Below, piece by piece: positions 10,103 to 19,908 of a stretch of 64,000 nt of DNA. A model generated the notes under the pieces. That model saw only the letters and a list, made by a program, of their open reading frames with translations, was not told the origin of the DNA and made no database searches. The stretch is from Raoultibacter sp. (GTDB taxonomy: Bacteria > Actinomycetota > Coriobacteriia > Coriobacteriales > Eggerthellaceae). The stretch spans positions 9,766-73,765 of the forward strand of contig JAVVXN010000003.1 in assembly GCA_036651575.1 (NCBI GenBank), in the 5' to 3' direction. The stretch's first letter is position 1, and each line of letters begins with the position of its first letter. The position numbers and the translations under genes are program-made.

Positions 10103-11092
10103 GTGAAACAAACAAACGGGAGCCTCTCCACGCGCGTTACCGAGCTCTTGGGTCTTGAGATTCCGATAATCCAGGGCGGTATGGCTTGGGTTGCCGACGC
10201 TTCTTTGGCTTCCGCGGTCAGCGCTGCGGGAGGGTTGGGAATCATCGCCAGCGGATCGGCGCCGCTTGCCTGGATTGAGGAACAGATTCGTCTGGCACGA
10301 GCCAGAACCGATCGGCCGATCGGTGTCAACCTCATGTTGATCAACCCGCAGGTTGCTGAAGTGGCCCAGCTTTTGGCTGATTTGCACGTGGACGTGATCA
10401 CGACGGGAGCGGGAAGTCCTTCAAAGTACGTTTCAATGTGGAAAGAGGCGGGCTGCAAGGTTGTTCCCGTCGTTGCATCAAGTGCTTTGGCTGCTCGCAT
10501 GGAGCGTTGCGGGGCCGATGCGGTTATCGCCGAAGGATGTGAAGCGGGAGGTCATATCGGTGAGCTGACGACAATGACGCTTGTTCCTCGCGTGTGTGAT
10601 ACGGTGACGATTCCCGTTATCGCTGCGGGCGGCGTTGCCGATGGTCGTGGAATGTGTGCCGCATTCGCTCTCGGTGCCGAAGCGGTGCAGATGGGCACTC
10701 GTTTTTTGACGGTTGCGGAATGCACGATAGCCGATGCCTACAAGCAAAAAGTTCTGACGGCAAAAGATTCCGATACCATTGTGACCGGTCGTGCGCATGG
10801 ACATCCGGTGCGGGGGCTCAAGAATGCTTTTTCGCGTGAGATGCGCGCCTTGGAGACGGGGTCGACGGTTGATTTTGAAAAGACGGAGCAAGCATACGTG
10901 GGCTCTTTGCGCCGAGCGGTTCAGGGTGATGTCGAAACCGGTTCGCTCATGGCTGGTCAATGCGCCTGTCTGGTGCGCGATTGCAAAACCGCTGCCGAAG
11001 CACTTGTCGATATTATGGCTGAAGCCGAAGCGCTTGGCGCGTGCGATTTAGCACAGATGGCACGACTCAATGCGCAAAGAGTTCCTCGATGA
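10103..11092 (+). CDS. fabK: enoyl-ACP reductase FabK (FMN, nitronate monooxygenase fold)
   Basis: 'IPIIQGGMAWV' and 'IAAGGVADGRG', in the expected FAS II context. Confidence 0.85.
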   Translation: MKQTNGSLSTRVTELLGLEIPIIQGGMAWVADASLASAVSAAGGLGIIASGSAPLAWIEEQIRLARARTDRPIGVNLMLINPQVAEVAQLLADLHVDVITTGAGSPSKYVSMWKEAGCKVVPVVASSALAARMERCGADAVIAEGCEAGGHIGELTTMTLVPRVCDTVTIPVIAAGGVADGRGMCAAFALGAEAVQMGTRFLTVAECTIADAYKQKVLTAKDSDTIVTGRAHGHPVRGLKNAFSREMRALETGSTVDFEKTEQAYVGSLRRAVQGDVETGSLMAGQCACLVRDCKTAAEALVDIMAEAEALGACDLAQMARLNAQRVPR

Positions 11093-12054
11093 GTGCGACG
11101 AAATCTGCCTGGATGTTTCCCGGCCAGGGTTCGCAGCGTCCCGGCATGGGGACAGACATCAGAGGTATCGCTGTCGCTCATGATATTTTTACCTGTGCTT
11201 CCGATATTTTTGGCTTCGATGTTGAGGCGCTATGTACGATATCGGACGCCGAAGCGATCGGGAAAGCTCGTCATGCCCAGGTAGCCGTAGCAACAACTTC
11301 GATAGCGCTTGCGGAGGCGCTGTATCAACGGGGTGTGGAGCCCTCGGTTCTTCTGGGATTTTCACTCGGGCAGATCAGTGCCCTCGCTGCATCTCGCATG
11401 CTTTCGATCGAAGCGACGTTTCGTCTCCTTGAAGTGCGGGCGCGTTGCATGGCCGAAGCGGCGCACGAAACACCGGGTGCTATGTGTGCTCTGATCGGTG
11501 CCGATGAAGCTTCGGCAACCGCGCTTTGCGAAGCGTGCGCCCTCGGAGGGGTGCTGGTGATTGCCAACTACAACTGTCCTGGTCAGATTGTTGTTTCGGG
11601 CTCGTTTGCCGCGGTCGAGCGCGCGGAGGATGCTTGGCGTAAGCAGGGAAAACGTTGTTCGCGTTTGGCGTGTGCGGGCGCATTTCACAGTCCGCTTATG
11701 GCGAGCGCGAAGCGGGTCTTTGCGAGCCACCTTGCAACGTGCACCTTCGAAGAGCCTTGCACGCTCGTGATTGGCAATACCGATGCAGCGCCCTTGACGG
11801 CGGCTACGGCACGCCAATGCCTCGCCGATCATCTGACACATCCCGTTCGTTTTGAGCAAAGCGTCGCGCTTGCGCGACGCTTGGGTACGACAGATTTTCT
11901 CGAGATAGGCTGTGGTGGCGTGCTTTCGCATCTCGTGCGTCGCATCGATAAAAATCTCAAGCGCGCCGCCGTTGAAGACGTTGCCAGTTTGCAGGCGGCA
12001 GTTTGTGCCTACGGCACGATGCATAACACTGATGAGGAGAAACTCAATGGATGA
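11089..12054 (+). CDS. fabD: malonyl CoA-ACP transacylase
   Basis: 'WMFPGQGSQRPGMG' and active-site 'GFSLGQ'. ATG 11089 overlaps the fabK stop (ATGA). Confidence 0.9.
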   Translation: MSATKSAWMFPGQGSQRPGMGTDIRGIAVAHDIFTCASDIFGFDVEALCTISDAEAIGKARHAQVAVATTSIALAEALYQRGVEPSVLLGFSLGQISALAASRMLSIEATFRLLEVRARCMAEAAHETPGAMCALIGADEASATALCEACALGGVLVIANYNCPGQIVVSGSFAAVERAEDAWRKQGKRCSRLACAGAFHSPLMASAKRVFASHLATCTFEEPCTLVIGNTDAAPLTAATARQCLADHLTHPVRFEQSVALARRLGTTDFLEIGCGGVLSHLVRRIDKNLKRAAVEDVASLQAAVCAYGTMHNTDEEKLNG

Positions 12055-12811
12055 AACGATAGTTCCCCCTTCACGGGTGGCGCTCGTGACCGGGTCGAGT
12101 CGCGGTATTGGGCGTGCGATTGCGATAGCTCTTGCTCGACGCGGATATGGGGTATGCGTCAATTATGCAAGTGAGCGTAGCCGCGTTGCCGCCGAAGCGC
12201 TTGTGGGGCAGCTCACGGGCGAGCACGGGGTTGCGTCGATTGCCGTGCGAGCCGATATCTCCGATTTCGATCAAGCGGCATCGCTCATCGACGAGACGCG
12301 CGGGGCATTTGGCCGTCTTGATGTGTTGGTAAATAACGCGGGTATCACGCGCGACGGATTGTTGGCGCGGATGAAAGAGGAAGATTTCGATGAAGTGGTT
12401 GCCGTCAATTTAAAAGGTGCATTCAATTGCTGCCGTGCGGCGATGGCACCGATGATGAAGCAACGTTTTGGTCGTGTTATCAACATGAGCAGCATTATCG
12501 GGGTGGCGGGCAATGCTGGACAGGCTAACTATGCTGCTTCGAAAGCGGGACTTATTGGCTTTTCTAAATCGCTTGCTCGGGAAGTGGCCTCGCGCAATAT
12601 TACGGTCAATGCTATAGCTCCTGGTTTTATCGAAACCGACATGACCGGCGCACTGAGAGAAGAGCAACAGGATGCTATTCGGGGACGTATTGCAAGCAAG
12701 CGGTTTGGGAAACCTGAAGAGGTGGCTGCGCTCGTGTGCTTTCTTGCGGGGGATCAAGCGGGTTATATAACCGGACAGGTCATTGGGATTGACGGAGGAT
12801 TATCACTATGA
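12047..12811 (+). CDS. fabG: 3-oxoacyl-ACP reductase
   Basis: SDR motifs 'VTGSSRGIGRAIA', 'NNAG' and 'YAASKAG'. The start is refined to ATG 12047. Confidence 0.9.
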   Translation: MDETIVPPSRVALVTGSSRGIGRAIAIALARRGYGVCVNYASERSRVAAEALVGQLTGEHGVASIAVRADISDFDQAASLIDETRGAFGRLDVLVNNAGITRDGLLARMKEEDFDEVVAVNLKGAFNCCRAAMAPMMKQRFGRVINMSSIIGVAGNAGQANYAASKAGLIGFSKSLAREVASRNITVNAIAPGFIETDMTGALREEQQDAIRGRIASKRFGKPEEVAALVCFLAGDQAGYITGQVIGIDGGLSL

Positions 12812-14070
12812 GCTCACAAAATACCATCACCTGTCATCGCGTGGTTATCACGGGATGTGGGGCTCTTTCACCTGCCGGTATCGGTGTTGTGCCGATGTGG
12901 GATGCAATTATGGAAGCCCGTTGCTGCTTGGGTTTGCTGACCCGTTTCGCGTGCGACGGATTTGACGTGAAAATTGCGGGCGAGATTTCGGACTACGATC
13001 CGGAAGCCCTGGGCTTTTCCAAGAAGGAAACCCGTCGTCTGGGTCGCTTCATCCAGTATGCCATGGTCGCCTCCGATGAAGCTATCGCCCAAAGCGGGCT
13101 TGATCTTGAGCGGGAAGATACGGCGCGCATCGCCTGTGTTTTTGGGTCGGGTATGGGTGGCATCGAGGTGCTTGAACGCGATCATCGGGCGTATTTCGAG
13201 CGTGGACCCAAGCGGGTGAGCCCTCTTTTTATTCCGCAAATGATTTCGAATATGGCGGCAGGAAATCTTGCGATTCGCTATGGTTTGCGCGGAGAGTGCA
13301 GCAGTATCGTGACGGCGTGTGCGACGGGGACGCACTGTATCGGTGAGGCGTATCGTCTCATCCGTTTCGGGTATGCCGACGCTGCGCTGACGGGGGGCAC
13401 CGAAGAATCGGTGACACCGATGTGCATTGCGGGGTTTGGTAACTTGGGGGCGCTGACGAAAGAGGCTGACCCCTTGGCCGCTTCTCGTCCCTTTGACGCG
13501 CGCCGCAGTGGTTTTGTGGCTTCGGAGGGGGCGGGGGCGCTGGTGTTGGAGTCGCTCGAACACGCCGAGGCCCGCGGGGCGCATATTATTGCCGAGATCG
13601 TCGGCTTCGGTTCAACGGGGGATGCCTACCACATGACGGCTCCGGCTCCGAACGGCGAAGCGGCTACCCGTGCTATGCGCGATGCTTTGACGGAGGGTGG
13701 GTTTACCGCGGCCGATCTGGGCCATCTCAATGCGCATGGCACCTCGACTTCGGTCAACGATAAAACGGAGTCGGCGGCACTGCTCGGCTTGTGCGGGGAT
13801 GCTGGCGCAACCGTTCCCGTCGTGTCCGTCAAAGGCGCAATCGGTCATACGCTCGGTGCGGCAGGTGCGCTCGAAGCGATTGTGTGCGCTCTTTCCGTAG
13901 CGCGCGATGTGGTGCCTGCCACGGTGGGATTTGCCGTGTCCGATCCCGAGTGTGGCGTCCGGGTGCTCACGGAGCCGTTGCGAGATTATCCGCAGCGCGT
14001 TGCGCTGAGCACCTCCCTTGGTTTTGGGGGGCACAACGCTGCTTTGGCAATCGCTCCTTATCGGGCGTAG
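12808..14070 (+). CDS. fabF: 3-oxoacyl-ACP synthase II
   Basis: Active-site 'VTACATGTHCIG', 'NAHGTST' and 'GHTLGAAG'. A GGAGG RBS precedes ATG 12808. Confidence 0.9.
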   Translation: MSSQNTITCHRVVITGCGALSPAGIGVVPMWDAIMEARCCLGLLTRFACDGFDVKIAGEISDYDPEALGFSKKETRRLGRFIQYAMVASDEAIAQSGLDLEREDTARIACVFGSGMGGIEVLERDHRAYFERGPKRVSPLFIPQMISNMAAGNLAIRYGLRGECSSIVTACATGTHCIGEAYRLIRFGYADAALTGGTEESVTPMCIAGFGNLGALTKEADPLAASRPFDARRSGFVASEGAGALVLESLEHAEARGAHIIAEIVGFGSTGDAYHMTAPAPNGEAATRAMRDALTEGGFTAADLGHLNAHGTSTSVNDKTESAALLGLCGDAGATVPVVSVKGAIGHTLGAAGALEAIVCALSVARDVVPATVGFAVSDPECGVRVLTEPLRDYPQRVALSTSLGFGGHNAALAIAPYRA

Positions 14071-14079
14071 GGGGCATAC

Positions 14080-14532
14080 ATGAACGAGACGATAGCGTAT
14101 CCCTGCTACCGAGAGACCATCGAAGCGGTGTTGCCCCATCGCGATCCCTTTGTGTGGGTAAGTCGCGTAGTGTCGTGTGATCCGGGGCAATCGATTGTGG
14201 CCGAGCTTGATGTTTTACGAGATTTACCCCTGTTTGCGGGCCATTTCCCGGATCATCCGGTGCTCCCTGGCGTGATTTTAATGGAAGCCCTGGCGCAAGC
14301 TGCTTCATTTTGTATTTTGGTGGGCCGCAAAAACGAAGGAGCGATTGGATTTTTGACCGGTATCGATCGAGCGAAATTTCGTCGTCAAGTGATTCCGGGC
14401 GATACCGTAGTGCTTGAGGCGACGATCGTTAAAGCGGGATCACGCATGTGCGTGGCCGAAGTGCAGGCCTCGGTGGCGGGGCAAATCGCTGCGGTGGCAA
14501 CGCAGAAGTACGTGTTGGATATGCAGGATTGA
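14080..14532 (+). CDS. fabZ: 3-hydroxyacyl-ACP dehydratase
   Basis: 'LPHRDPF' and 'FAGHFPDHPVLPGVI' hotdog-fold motifs. Confidence 0.9.
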   Translation: MNETIAYPCYRETIEAVLPHRDPFVWVSRVVSCDPGQSIVAELDVLRDLPLFAGHFPDHPVLPGVILMEALAQAASFCILVGRKNEGAIGFLTGIDRAKFRRQVIPGDTVVLEATIVKAGSRMCVAEVQASVAGQIAAVATQKYVLDMQD

Positions 14533-14552
14533 CGATAGGATTGGGTACGGTT

Positions 14553-16925
14553 ATGAAGTGGCAAAAAAAGCGAACCTACATCACGATCCCGCAGCAACCG
14601 ATCAAGCCAGAATTGGTCGGCGGGGTCACAACCGAAGAGTTGTTTGCCTCCGTTGGAACCAATATCGCAGGATTGGGGCACGTAGCGGTTTCGTATCATT
14701 TGGAAACCATCGCAAAAACCCATTCGCGCGTCCTGCTGGTGGCGTGGGGAACTGAGGCAAAGAAAGCGGTGCGGGCCTGTCGCGATGCGGGTCTGGAGGC
14801 GTGGGTTACCTATACGGAAGATCGCGTCGCGCAACCCTACGTTTCTTTGGCTGAGCATGCGGTTTGTTTGGGGAAGCTGCATGCCGAAGTGCTCTACGAT
14901 AATGATTACGCCCTGCTGCAGGCGGCGCAAGCATGCGGCGCAACAGCGATTCTGTTTATAAAATCACACCGGGGGGCAGATGCGAGCTTTCTCGGTCTTG
15001 CGGCAAAGCAAGGTTGCAGCGTGTTTTCTGCGCTCGACCCTACGTGTCCGACCGGTGCGTGGCTTATCGGCGAACCCACGGCACCCCACGCGGTTGATTC
15101 CTGGAAAAAGTGCCCTCATTGTGAGCTATTTTTTGCCGCATCGACCTGGCGAGCAGCCCATTTTATCTGTCCGGCGTGTGGGGGGTATCATCGGATGCCC
15201 TCGATGGAGCGCATCAATGATCTTTTCGATGCGGCAAGCTTTACGGAGTGGGAAAGCGGCTTGTCTCCTTGCGACCCCCTTTCTTTCCCGGGCTATCTCG
15301 ATAAGGTGAGTGCTGTTCAACAACAATGTGGCCTCGAGGAGGCGGTCCGCTGCGGCTGTGCGACTATTGCCGGTATTCGTTTCGCCTTCTGCATCATGGA
15401 TTCGCAGTTTTTTATGGGATCGATGGGATCGGTTGTTGGCGAGAAAATCACGCGCAGCGTGGAGCGAGCAACGCACGAGCAGCTTCCTCTGTTGATCTTT
15501 ACCGCTTCGGGTGGCGCGCGCATGCAGGAAGGCCTTGCCTCCTTGATGCAGATGGCAAAAATTAGCTGTGCCCTCAAACGCCACGATGCAGCTGGCCTGC
15601 TCTACGTTTCGATCCTGACCGATCCCACCACCGGTGGTGTGACCGCGTCGTTCGCCATGCAGGGTGACATTATTTTGGCTGAACCGCATGCCCTCATCGG
15701 CTTTGCGGGTCAGCGCGTGATCCAAGATACCATCAAGCAGAGTTTGCCGGAGGGATTTCAAACGGCGGAATTCGCCTTGCAGCACGGGTTGATCGATGCG
15801 ATTGTCAAGCGCGATAATCTGCGTGAACAACTGGCTCATATTCTGGCGATTCATGAAGCGTCTCAAGCGAGGTGTAGCTTAGAGGATGGGCATAGGGTGA
15901 GCTACGCCGCTGTTTGTGAAAACCTTCAGCATGATTGCGCGACGTACAACACGATTACGTACGGAATGCTTCCGCATCTCAAGCGCATTTTTTTGCAGGC
16001 GTCTCAAAAGTTTAAACCCGGGTATCGTCAATCGACAAAACAGCCGCCGAAAGCCCGGTCAATGCCGTGTGCTTCGTTTGCGGATGCAACGGTTGCGCCC
16101 GAGTACATCGGGGGCGGCGATAAGGTTTTAGGAAATGCATTCGATGCTGCTGCTTGGACACATGTGCAGCTTGCTCGCAACACTCACCGGCCGACTGCCC
16201 TGTTCTATATCGATCAGGTCTTCGATGGATTTATCGAGCTGCACGGGGATCGGGCTTTCGGCGACGACGGTGCAATTGTCGCCGGTATTGGATGGCTTGG
16301 CACCAGCCCGGTAACGGTGATTGCCCAAGAAAAAGGATGCGATGTGAAAGAGCGTGTTGCTCGCAACTTTGGATGTCCCAATCCGGAGGGTTATCGCAAA
16401 AGCCTACGTCTGATGCGCCAGGCTGAAAAGTTTCATCGTCCCGTTGTGTGCCTTGTGGATACGCAGGGTGCTTTTTGCGGTATGGAAGCCGAGCAGCGTG
16501 GGCAAGGTAATGCTATTGCGGAAAACCTTATGGGGTTGGCCGGTTTGCGCGTGCCGATCGTCAGCGTGATCTTGGGTGAGGGGGGCAGCGGGGGAGCACT
16601 TGCCCTCGCGCTGGCCGATCGAGTCGCCATGCAAAAACATGCGGTGTACTCGGTGCTATCACCCGAAGGCTTTGCGTCGATTCTCTGGAAGGACCGCAGC
16701 CGTGCTCCCGAGGCTGCTGCGGCCATGAAGATGAGTGCGCAGGACGTCCTGGAAATGGGGGTCGTCGATGCCGTGATCAGCGAAGGGGAAGCTCCGGCGC
16801 ACGAAAATCCTGCGATGGCGGCTGCGTGCGTGCGAGGCTATCTTGTCAAATCGCTCGACGAATTAAGCTTGTTGAGCGTCGAGCGCCTTTTGGAAGATCG
16901 CTTCGCACGCTTCCGAAAGTTTTAG
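14553..16925 (+). CDS. fused acetyl-CoA carboxylase carboxyltransferase (AccD-AccA) with an N-terminal biotin-carboxylase-N-like domain
   Basis: One 791-aa ORF. It has the AccD zinc ribbon 'CPHCELFF..CPACGGYHRM', then an AccA-like part ('HRPTALFYIDQVFDGFIELHGDR', 'GEGGSGGALAL'). Residues ~50-170 align to the AccC N-domain ('VRACRDAG', 'LAEHAVCLG', 'GATAI') with no ATP-grasp region. Confidence 0.85.
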   Translation: MKWQKKRTYITIPQQPIKPELVGGVTTEELFASVGTNIAGLGHVAVSYHLETIAKTHSRVLLVAWGTEAKKAVRACRDAGLEAWVTYTEDRVAQPYVSLAEHAVCLGKLHAEVLYDNDYALLQAAQACGATAILFIKSHRGADASFLGLAAKQGCSVFSALDPTCPTGAWLIGEPTAPHAVDSWKKCPHCELFFAASTWRAAHFICPACGGYHRMPSMERINDLFDAASFTEWESGLSPCDPLSFPGYLDKVSAVQQQCGLEEAVRCGCATIAGIRFAFCIMDSQFFMGSMGSVVGEKITRSVERATHEQLPLLIFTASGGARMQEGLASLMQMAKISCALKRHDAAGLLYVSILTDPTTGGVTASFAMQGDIILAEPHALIGFAGQRVIQDTIKQSLPEGFQTAEFALQHGLIDAIVKRDNLREQLAHILAIHEASQARCSLEDGHRVSYAAVCENLQHDCATYNTITYGMLPHLKRIFLQASQKFKPGYRQSTKQPPKARSMPCASFADATVAPEYIGGGDKVLGNAFDAAAWTHVQLARNTHRPTALFYIDQVFDGFIELHGDRAFGDDGAIVAGIGWLGTSPVTVIAQEKGCDVKERVARNFGCPNPEGYRKSLRLMRQAEKFHRPVVCLVDTQGAFCGMEAEQRGQGNAIAENLMGLAGLRVPIVSVILGEGGSGGALALALADRVAMQKHAVYSVLSPEGFASILWKDRSRAPEAAAAMKMSAQDVLEMGVVDAVISEGEAPAHENPAMAAACVRGYLVKSLDELSLLSVERLLEDRFARFRKF

Positions 16926-17009
16926 CTGTTTGGCGACGTGATGCTGCGGGATTAAGCGGTAATAAGGAGGGGCGCAGGGCTGTTGAGGTTGTGCTGTTGC
17001 CTCAATAAT

Positions 17010-17061
17010 CTCAGCTGCCCGAGCTTCCGCATATTTTTATGCACAGGCTCGGGCAGCTGAG
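17010..17061. terminator. hairpin between convergent acc and helicase genes
   Basis: Perfect 15-bp inverted repeat, CTCAGCTGCCCGAGC (17010-17024) and GCTCGGGCAGCTGAG (17047-17061). There is no clean T-run on either side. Confidence 0.5.
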
Positions 17062-17074
17062 AAAACGTTCGCGC

Positions 17075-18589
17075 TTAATAGGTCCGTTTCTTTGAACGAG
17101 AGGCCACTGCGGCGCGATGTGCACGGCCGGGGCGCATGTCTTGCGAGCTGCCGGCAGGAGCCTTTTTGTACGAAGATTTTGAATGTGTCGTGGATGAATT
17201 TCGAGAGGCTGCCGGCCGTTTGGCCGCGTTGGGGTTTGCGGCGGGGTTGTGCTTTTTTGTTTGGTTGTCGTTGTTGTTGACCCTGTTGGGTTGTGCGGTG
17301 TTTGCGGATCGTTTCCGCGTGGATTGCTCTTGCGGCGCTCCATTTTTGCGAGCTGCTTTGCGGCGCTGTGATTTGTCGTATTCGGAAGCGGCACGAGCTA
17401 GCTCCGGGTCGCGACGACCGTTGGCAGCTGTTGCGCGCTGAGCGGCGGAGAGGTCAGCCGCTTCGAAGTCGAAATTTTTCAAGGGCATTTCGGAAAGCTG
17501 CTTGCCGATCAACTTCTCGATATCGCGCAGGATAATTTTTGCTTCCGGGGTAACAAATGAAATCGCAAACCCATCTTCACCGGCGCGCCCTGTGCGCCCG
17601 ATGCGGTGGATGTAGTCTTCGGGCATGTCGGGCAAATCGTAATTGATGACGTAGTCGACGTTGCTCACGTCAATGCCGCGTGCCAAAACATCGGTGGCCA
17701 CGAGGATGTCGGTCTTACCTTTGCTAAAACCATCGAGGGCGCGTTTGCGCTGCGCCTGCGAGCGGTCGGAATGGATTGCTTCGGCCGCAAAACCGGCCTT
17801 GCGCAGACGACGGGTGCAGGAATCCGCACGAGAGCGGGTGCGCGCAAAGACAATGACGCGCTCACAACCCTTTTCCTGTAGTACGGCGCACAGAAGTTCC
17901 GGCTTGCGCGTTTGGGGGGTGCGAATGATGTATTGTTCGACCGTGTCAGCCGTTTCACCTTTATGAGAGATTTCAACGAATGAGGGATCGTGCAAAAGGT
18001 ATCCGACGCTGTCCATGATCTTACGATCGATGGTTGCGGAAAAAAGCAGCGTCTGGCGTTGGCGGGGGGTGGCTGCAATAATTTTTTTCATGGGAGGTAA
18101 AAAGCCCATATCGAGCATGCGGTCAGCTTCGTCTAAGATGAGCACGGAAACGTTGTTGAGCTTGACGGCTTTTCGTTCCATGAGGTCGATCAGGCGACCG
18201 GGGGTGGCAATTAAGATGTCGACACCGTTTTTCAGTTTCGTGATTTGCGGATCGTAGGACATGCCGCCGACGACGGTGACGATGCGATGATGGGTGTCTT
18301 GCGCAATCGTTTCGCATACTGCGGCAATCTGTGAAGCGAGCTCACGGGTGGGACTGACCACGAGCATCGAAGGGCCTTGCCCGTGTTGTATGTGGCCAAG
18401 TTTATCCATGCTGGGCAGGGCGAATGCTGCAGTTTTACCCGTTCCTGTTTTGGCGGCAGCAATCAGATCGTGTCCCTGTAAGGCCAAGGGGATCGCTTGT
18501 TGTTGTACGGGGGTCGGTTCGGTATAGCCCAGGCGTTTGACCGCAGCAAGGCTCGTCTCGGAAAGACCGAGGTCATTAAAGTTTGTCAT
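17075..18589 (-). CDS. DEAD-box ATP-dependent RNA helicase with a basic C-terminal tail
   Basis: 'AAKTGTGKTAAF', 'LILDEADRML', 'SAT' and 'HRIGRTGRAG'. The start is refined to 'MTNFNDLGL' (ATG at 18589) inside ORF 17075..18748. Confidence 0.9.
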   Translation of the reverse strand: MTNFNDLGLSETSLAAVKRLGYTEPTPVQQQAIPLALQGHDLIAAAKTGTGKTAAFALPSMDKLGHIQHGQGPSMLVVSPTRELASQIAAVCETIAQDTHHRIVTVVGGMSYDPQITKLKNGVDILIATPGRLIDLMERKAVKLNNVSVLILDEADRMLDMGFLPPMKKIIAATPRQRQTLLFSATIDRKIMDSVGYLLHDPSFVEISHKGETADTVEQYIIRTPQTRKPELLCAVLQEKGCERVIVFARTRSRADSCTRRLRKAGFAAEAIHSDRSQAQRKRALDGFSKGKTDILVATDVLARGIDVSNVDYVINYDLPDMPEDYIHRIGRTGRAGEDGFAISFVTPEAKIILRDIEKLIGKQLSEMPLKNFDFEAADLSAAQRATAANGRRDPELARAASEYDKSQRRKAARKNGAPQEQSTRKRSANTAQPNRVNNNDNQTKKHNPAANPNAAKRPAASRNSSTTHSKSSYKKAPAGSSQDMRPGRAHRAAVASRSKKRTY

Positions 18590-18976
18590 AATCTCCGGAA
18601 ATCTATGTAGGTGTTGCGGGCGGGTATACGACCGCAGCGCGGATAGTGTTGCGCATCCACCTCTTCCAGCGAATGCCTCGATGTCATCAATCACCTTTGA
18701 AGACACTCTTTTTATTATCGTATTGCTTACATGATTTGGCGTTGACAATTTGAAACCGTGAGAACATCTCGCAAAACCAACATAATCATTTTCGGTTTTT
18801 TAAGGGTTGTTAAGGGGTTAAGGCAACGAAACGATAACGACCACGAATCGGTTCTTTTTTTTGCGCTCGCAATCGTTAAACTCTATTCATTCGCTACAAC
18901 ACGTCGGGATTAACTCGGAGATGTCGAGGCTGACATCTCCCGGCGTGACACTTCCGTTAGGATAAGAGGGGTCTTC

Positions 18977-19408
18977 ATGTTTCAAAAACTCGGGCGCAAA
19001 CTGTCTGCTTTTATGGTGGGACGCAACGGCGTCGATGGTCTGGGGCGGTTTTTTCTTGGCGTTGCTTTTTTCTTGCTGGTTGTGGGTCTTATTGTTCCCG
19101 ATCAGCTGATCCGTCAGATTATCACGGTGGTGTCGTTTGGCTGCATCCTTTATTGCTACTACCGTATGCTCTCACGTAAGGTGGGCAATCGCTACAAGGA
19201 AAACTGTGCCTATGTGCGTCTTCGGACAAAGCTTACCAAGCCGTTTCGCGGCCTTATAGCTCACGGTAAAGAATGGAAGACCTACCACAAAACACACAAG
19301 ATTTACCGGTGCAAAGAATGTGGGCAAAGCCTTCGCGTGCCGAAAGGCAAAGGTAAGATCAAGGTTGTTTGCCCCAAATGTAAAACCTCTTTTATTGCGA
19401 AGTCTTAA
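18977..19408 (+). CDS. small membrane protein with a C-terminal zinc ribbon
   Basis: RBS 'AGAGGGG' upstream, two hydrophobic helices, and 'CKECGQSLRVP..VVCPKCKTSF' (CxxC-N17-CxxC). Confidence 0.6.
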   Translation: MFQKLGRKLSAFMVGRNGVDGLGRFFLGVAFFLLVVGLIVPDQLIRQIITVVSFGCILYCYYRMLSRKVGNRYKENCAYVRLRTKLTKPFRGLIAHGKEWKTYHKTHKIYRCKECGQSLRVPKGKGKIKVVCPKCKTSFIAKS

Positions 19409-19609
19409 AGATTGTACGTGTTGTGGCGGGCGGTTTCTTGCGAGTATCGTATACTGACGTTTCGCTGAACGGAGTGCTCGGTTTTGCGGGGTCATGGAGG
19501 GAAATGGAGCTTTGTCCATATTCTTGAAATTAATCCTTGCATTGTGGCGGTCACTTTGCAATAATGTCCAAGCTGCTTTTTTGTTGTTTGGACAAATCAG
19601 CACGAGCTT

Positions 19610-19684
19610 GTCCCCATAGTCTAGAGGTTAGGACGCGGCCCTTTCAAGGCTGAGACACGAGTTCGATTCTCGTTGGGGGCACCA
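19610..19684 (+). tRNA. tRNA-Glu (anticodon UUC), CCA encoded
   Basis: Cloverleaf folded by hand: acceptor GTCCCCA/TGGGGGC, anticodon stem CGGCC/GGCTG with loop CTTTCAA, T-arm ACGAG-TTCGATT-CTCGT, and 3' ACCA. Confidence 0.9.
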
Positions 19685-19695
19685 TTACCACTTCT

Positions 19696-19721
19696 CGAAC
19701 ACCCTCTGGGTGTTCGTTTTT
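19696..19721 (+). terminator. intrinsic terminator after tRNA-Glu
   Basis: CGAACACCC-tct-GGGTGTTCG followed by TTTTT. Confidence 0.8.
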
Positions 19722-19908
19722 GTTATAGCGTCCAAAACTGCTCTTGCCGTGAGGGTATTTTCTCTCGTTTGGGATTTTTCGCGTACGGTGACAGATAGGT
19801 TAAGCTTGAAATCCGCAGCTCCCGGTAAGGGGGTAGAGCTGCTTCGATGATTGCTGATGCTCTCTGGTGTCTTGCCGTGAACCCCTAAAAGAAAGGCTGT
19901 TCATCTCG

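Noticed and set aside
14448-14552. The upstream extension of the acc fusion ORF that overlaps fabZ.
   Set aside because: It overlaps the 3' end of fabZ in another frame and has no RBS. ATG 14553, just after the fabZ stop, is the plausible start.
17011-17441. ORFs overlapping the 3' end of the DEAD-box helicase gene on both strands.
   Set aside because: They lie within the helicase's low-complexity basic tail region and mirror its repetitive composition.
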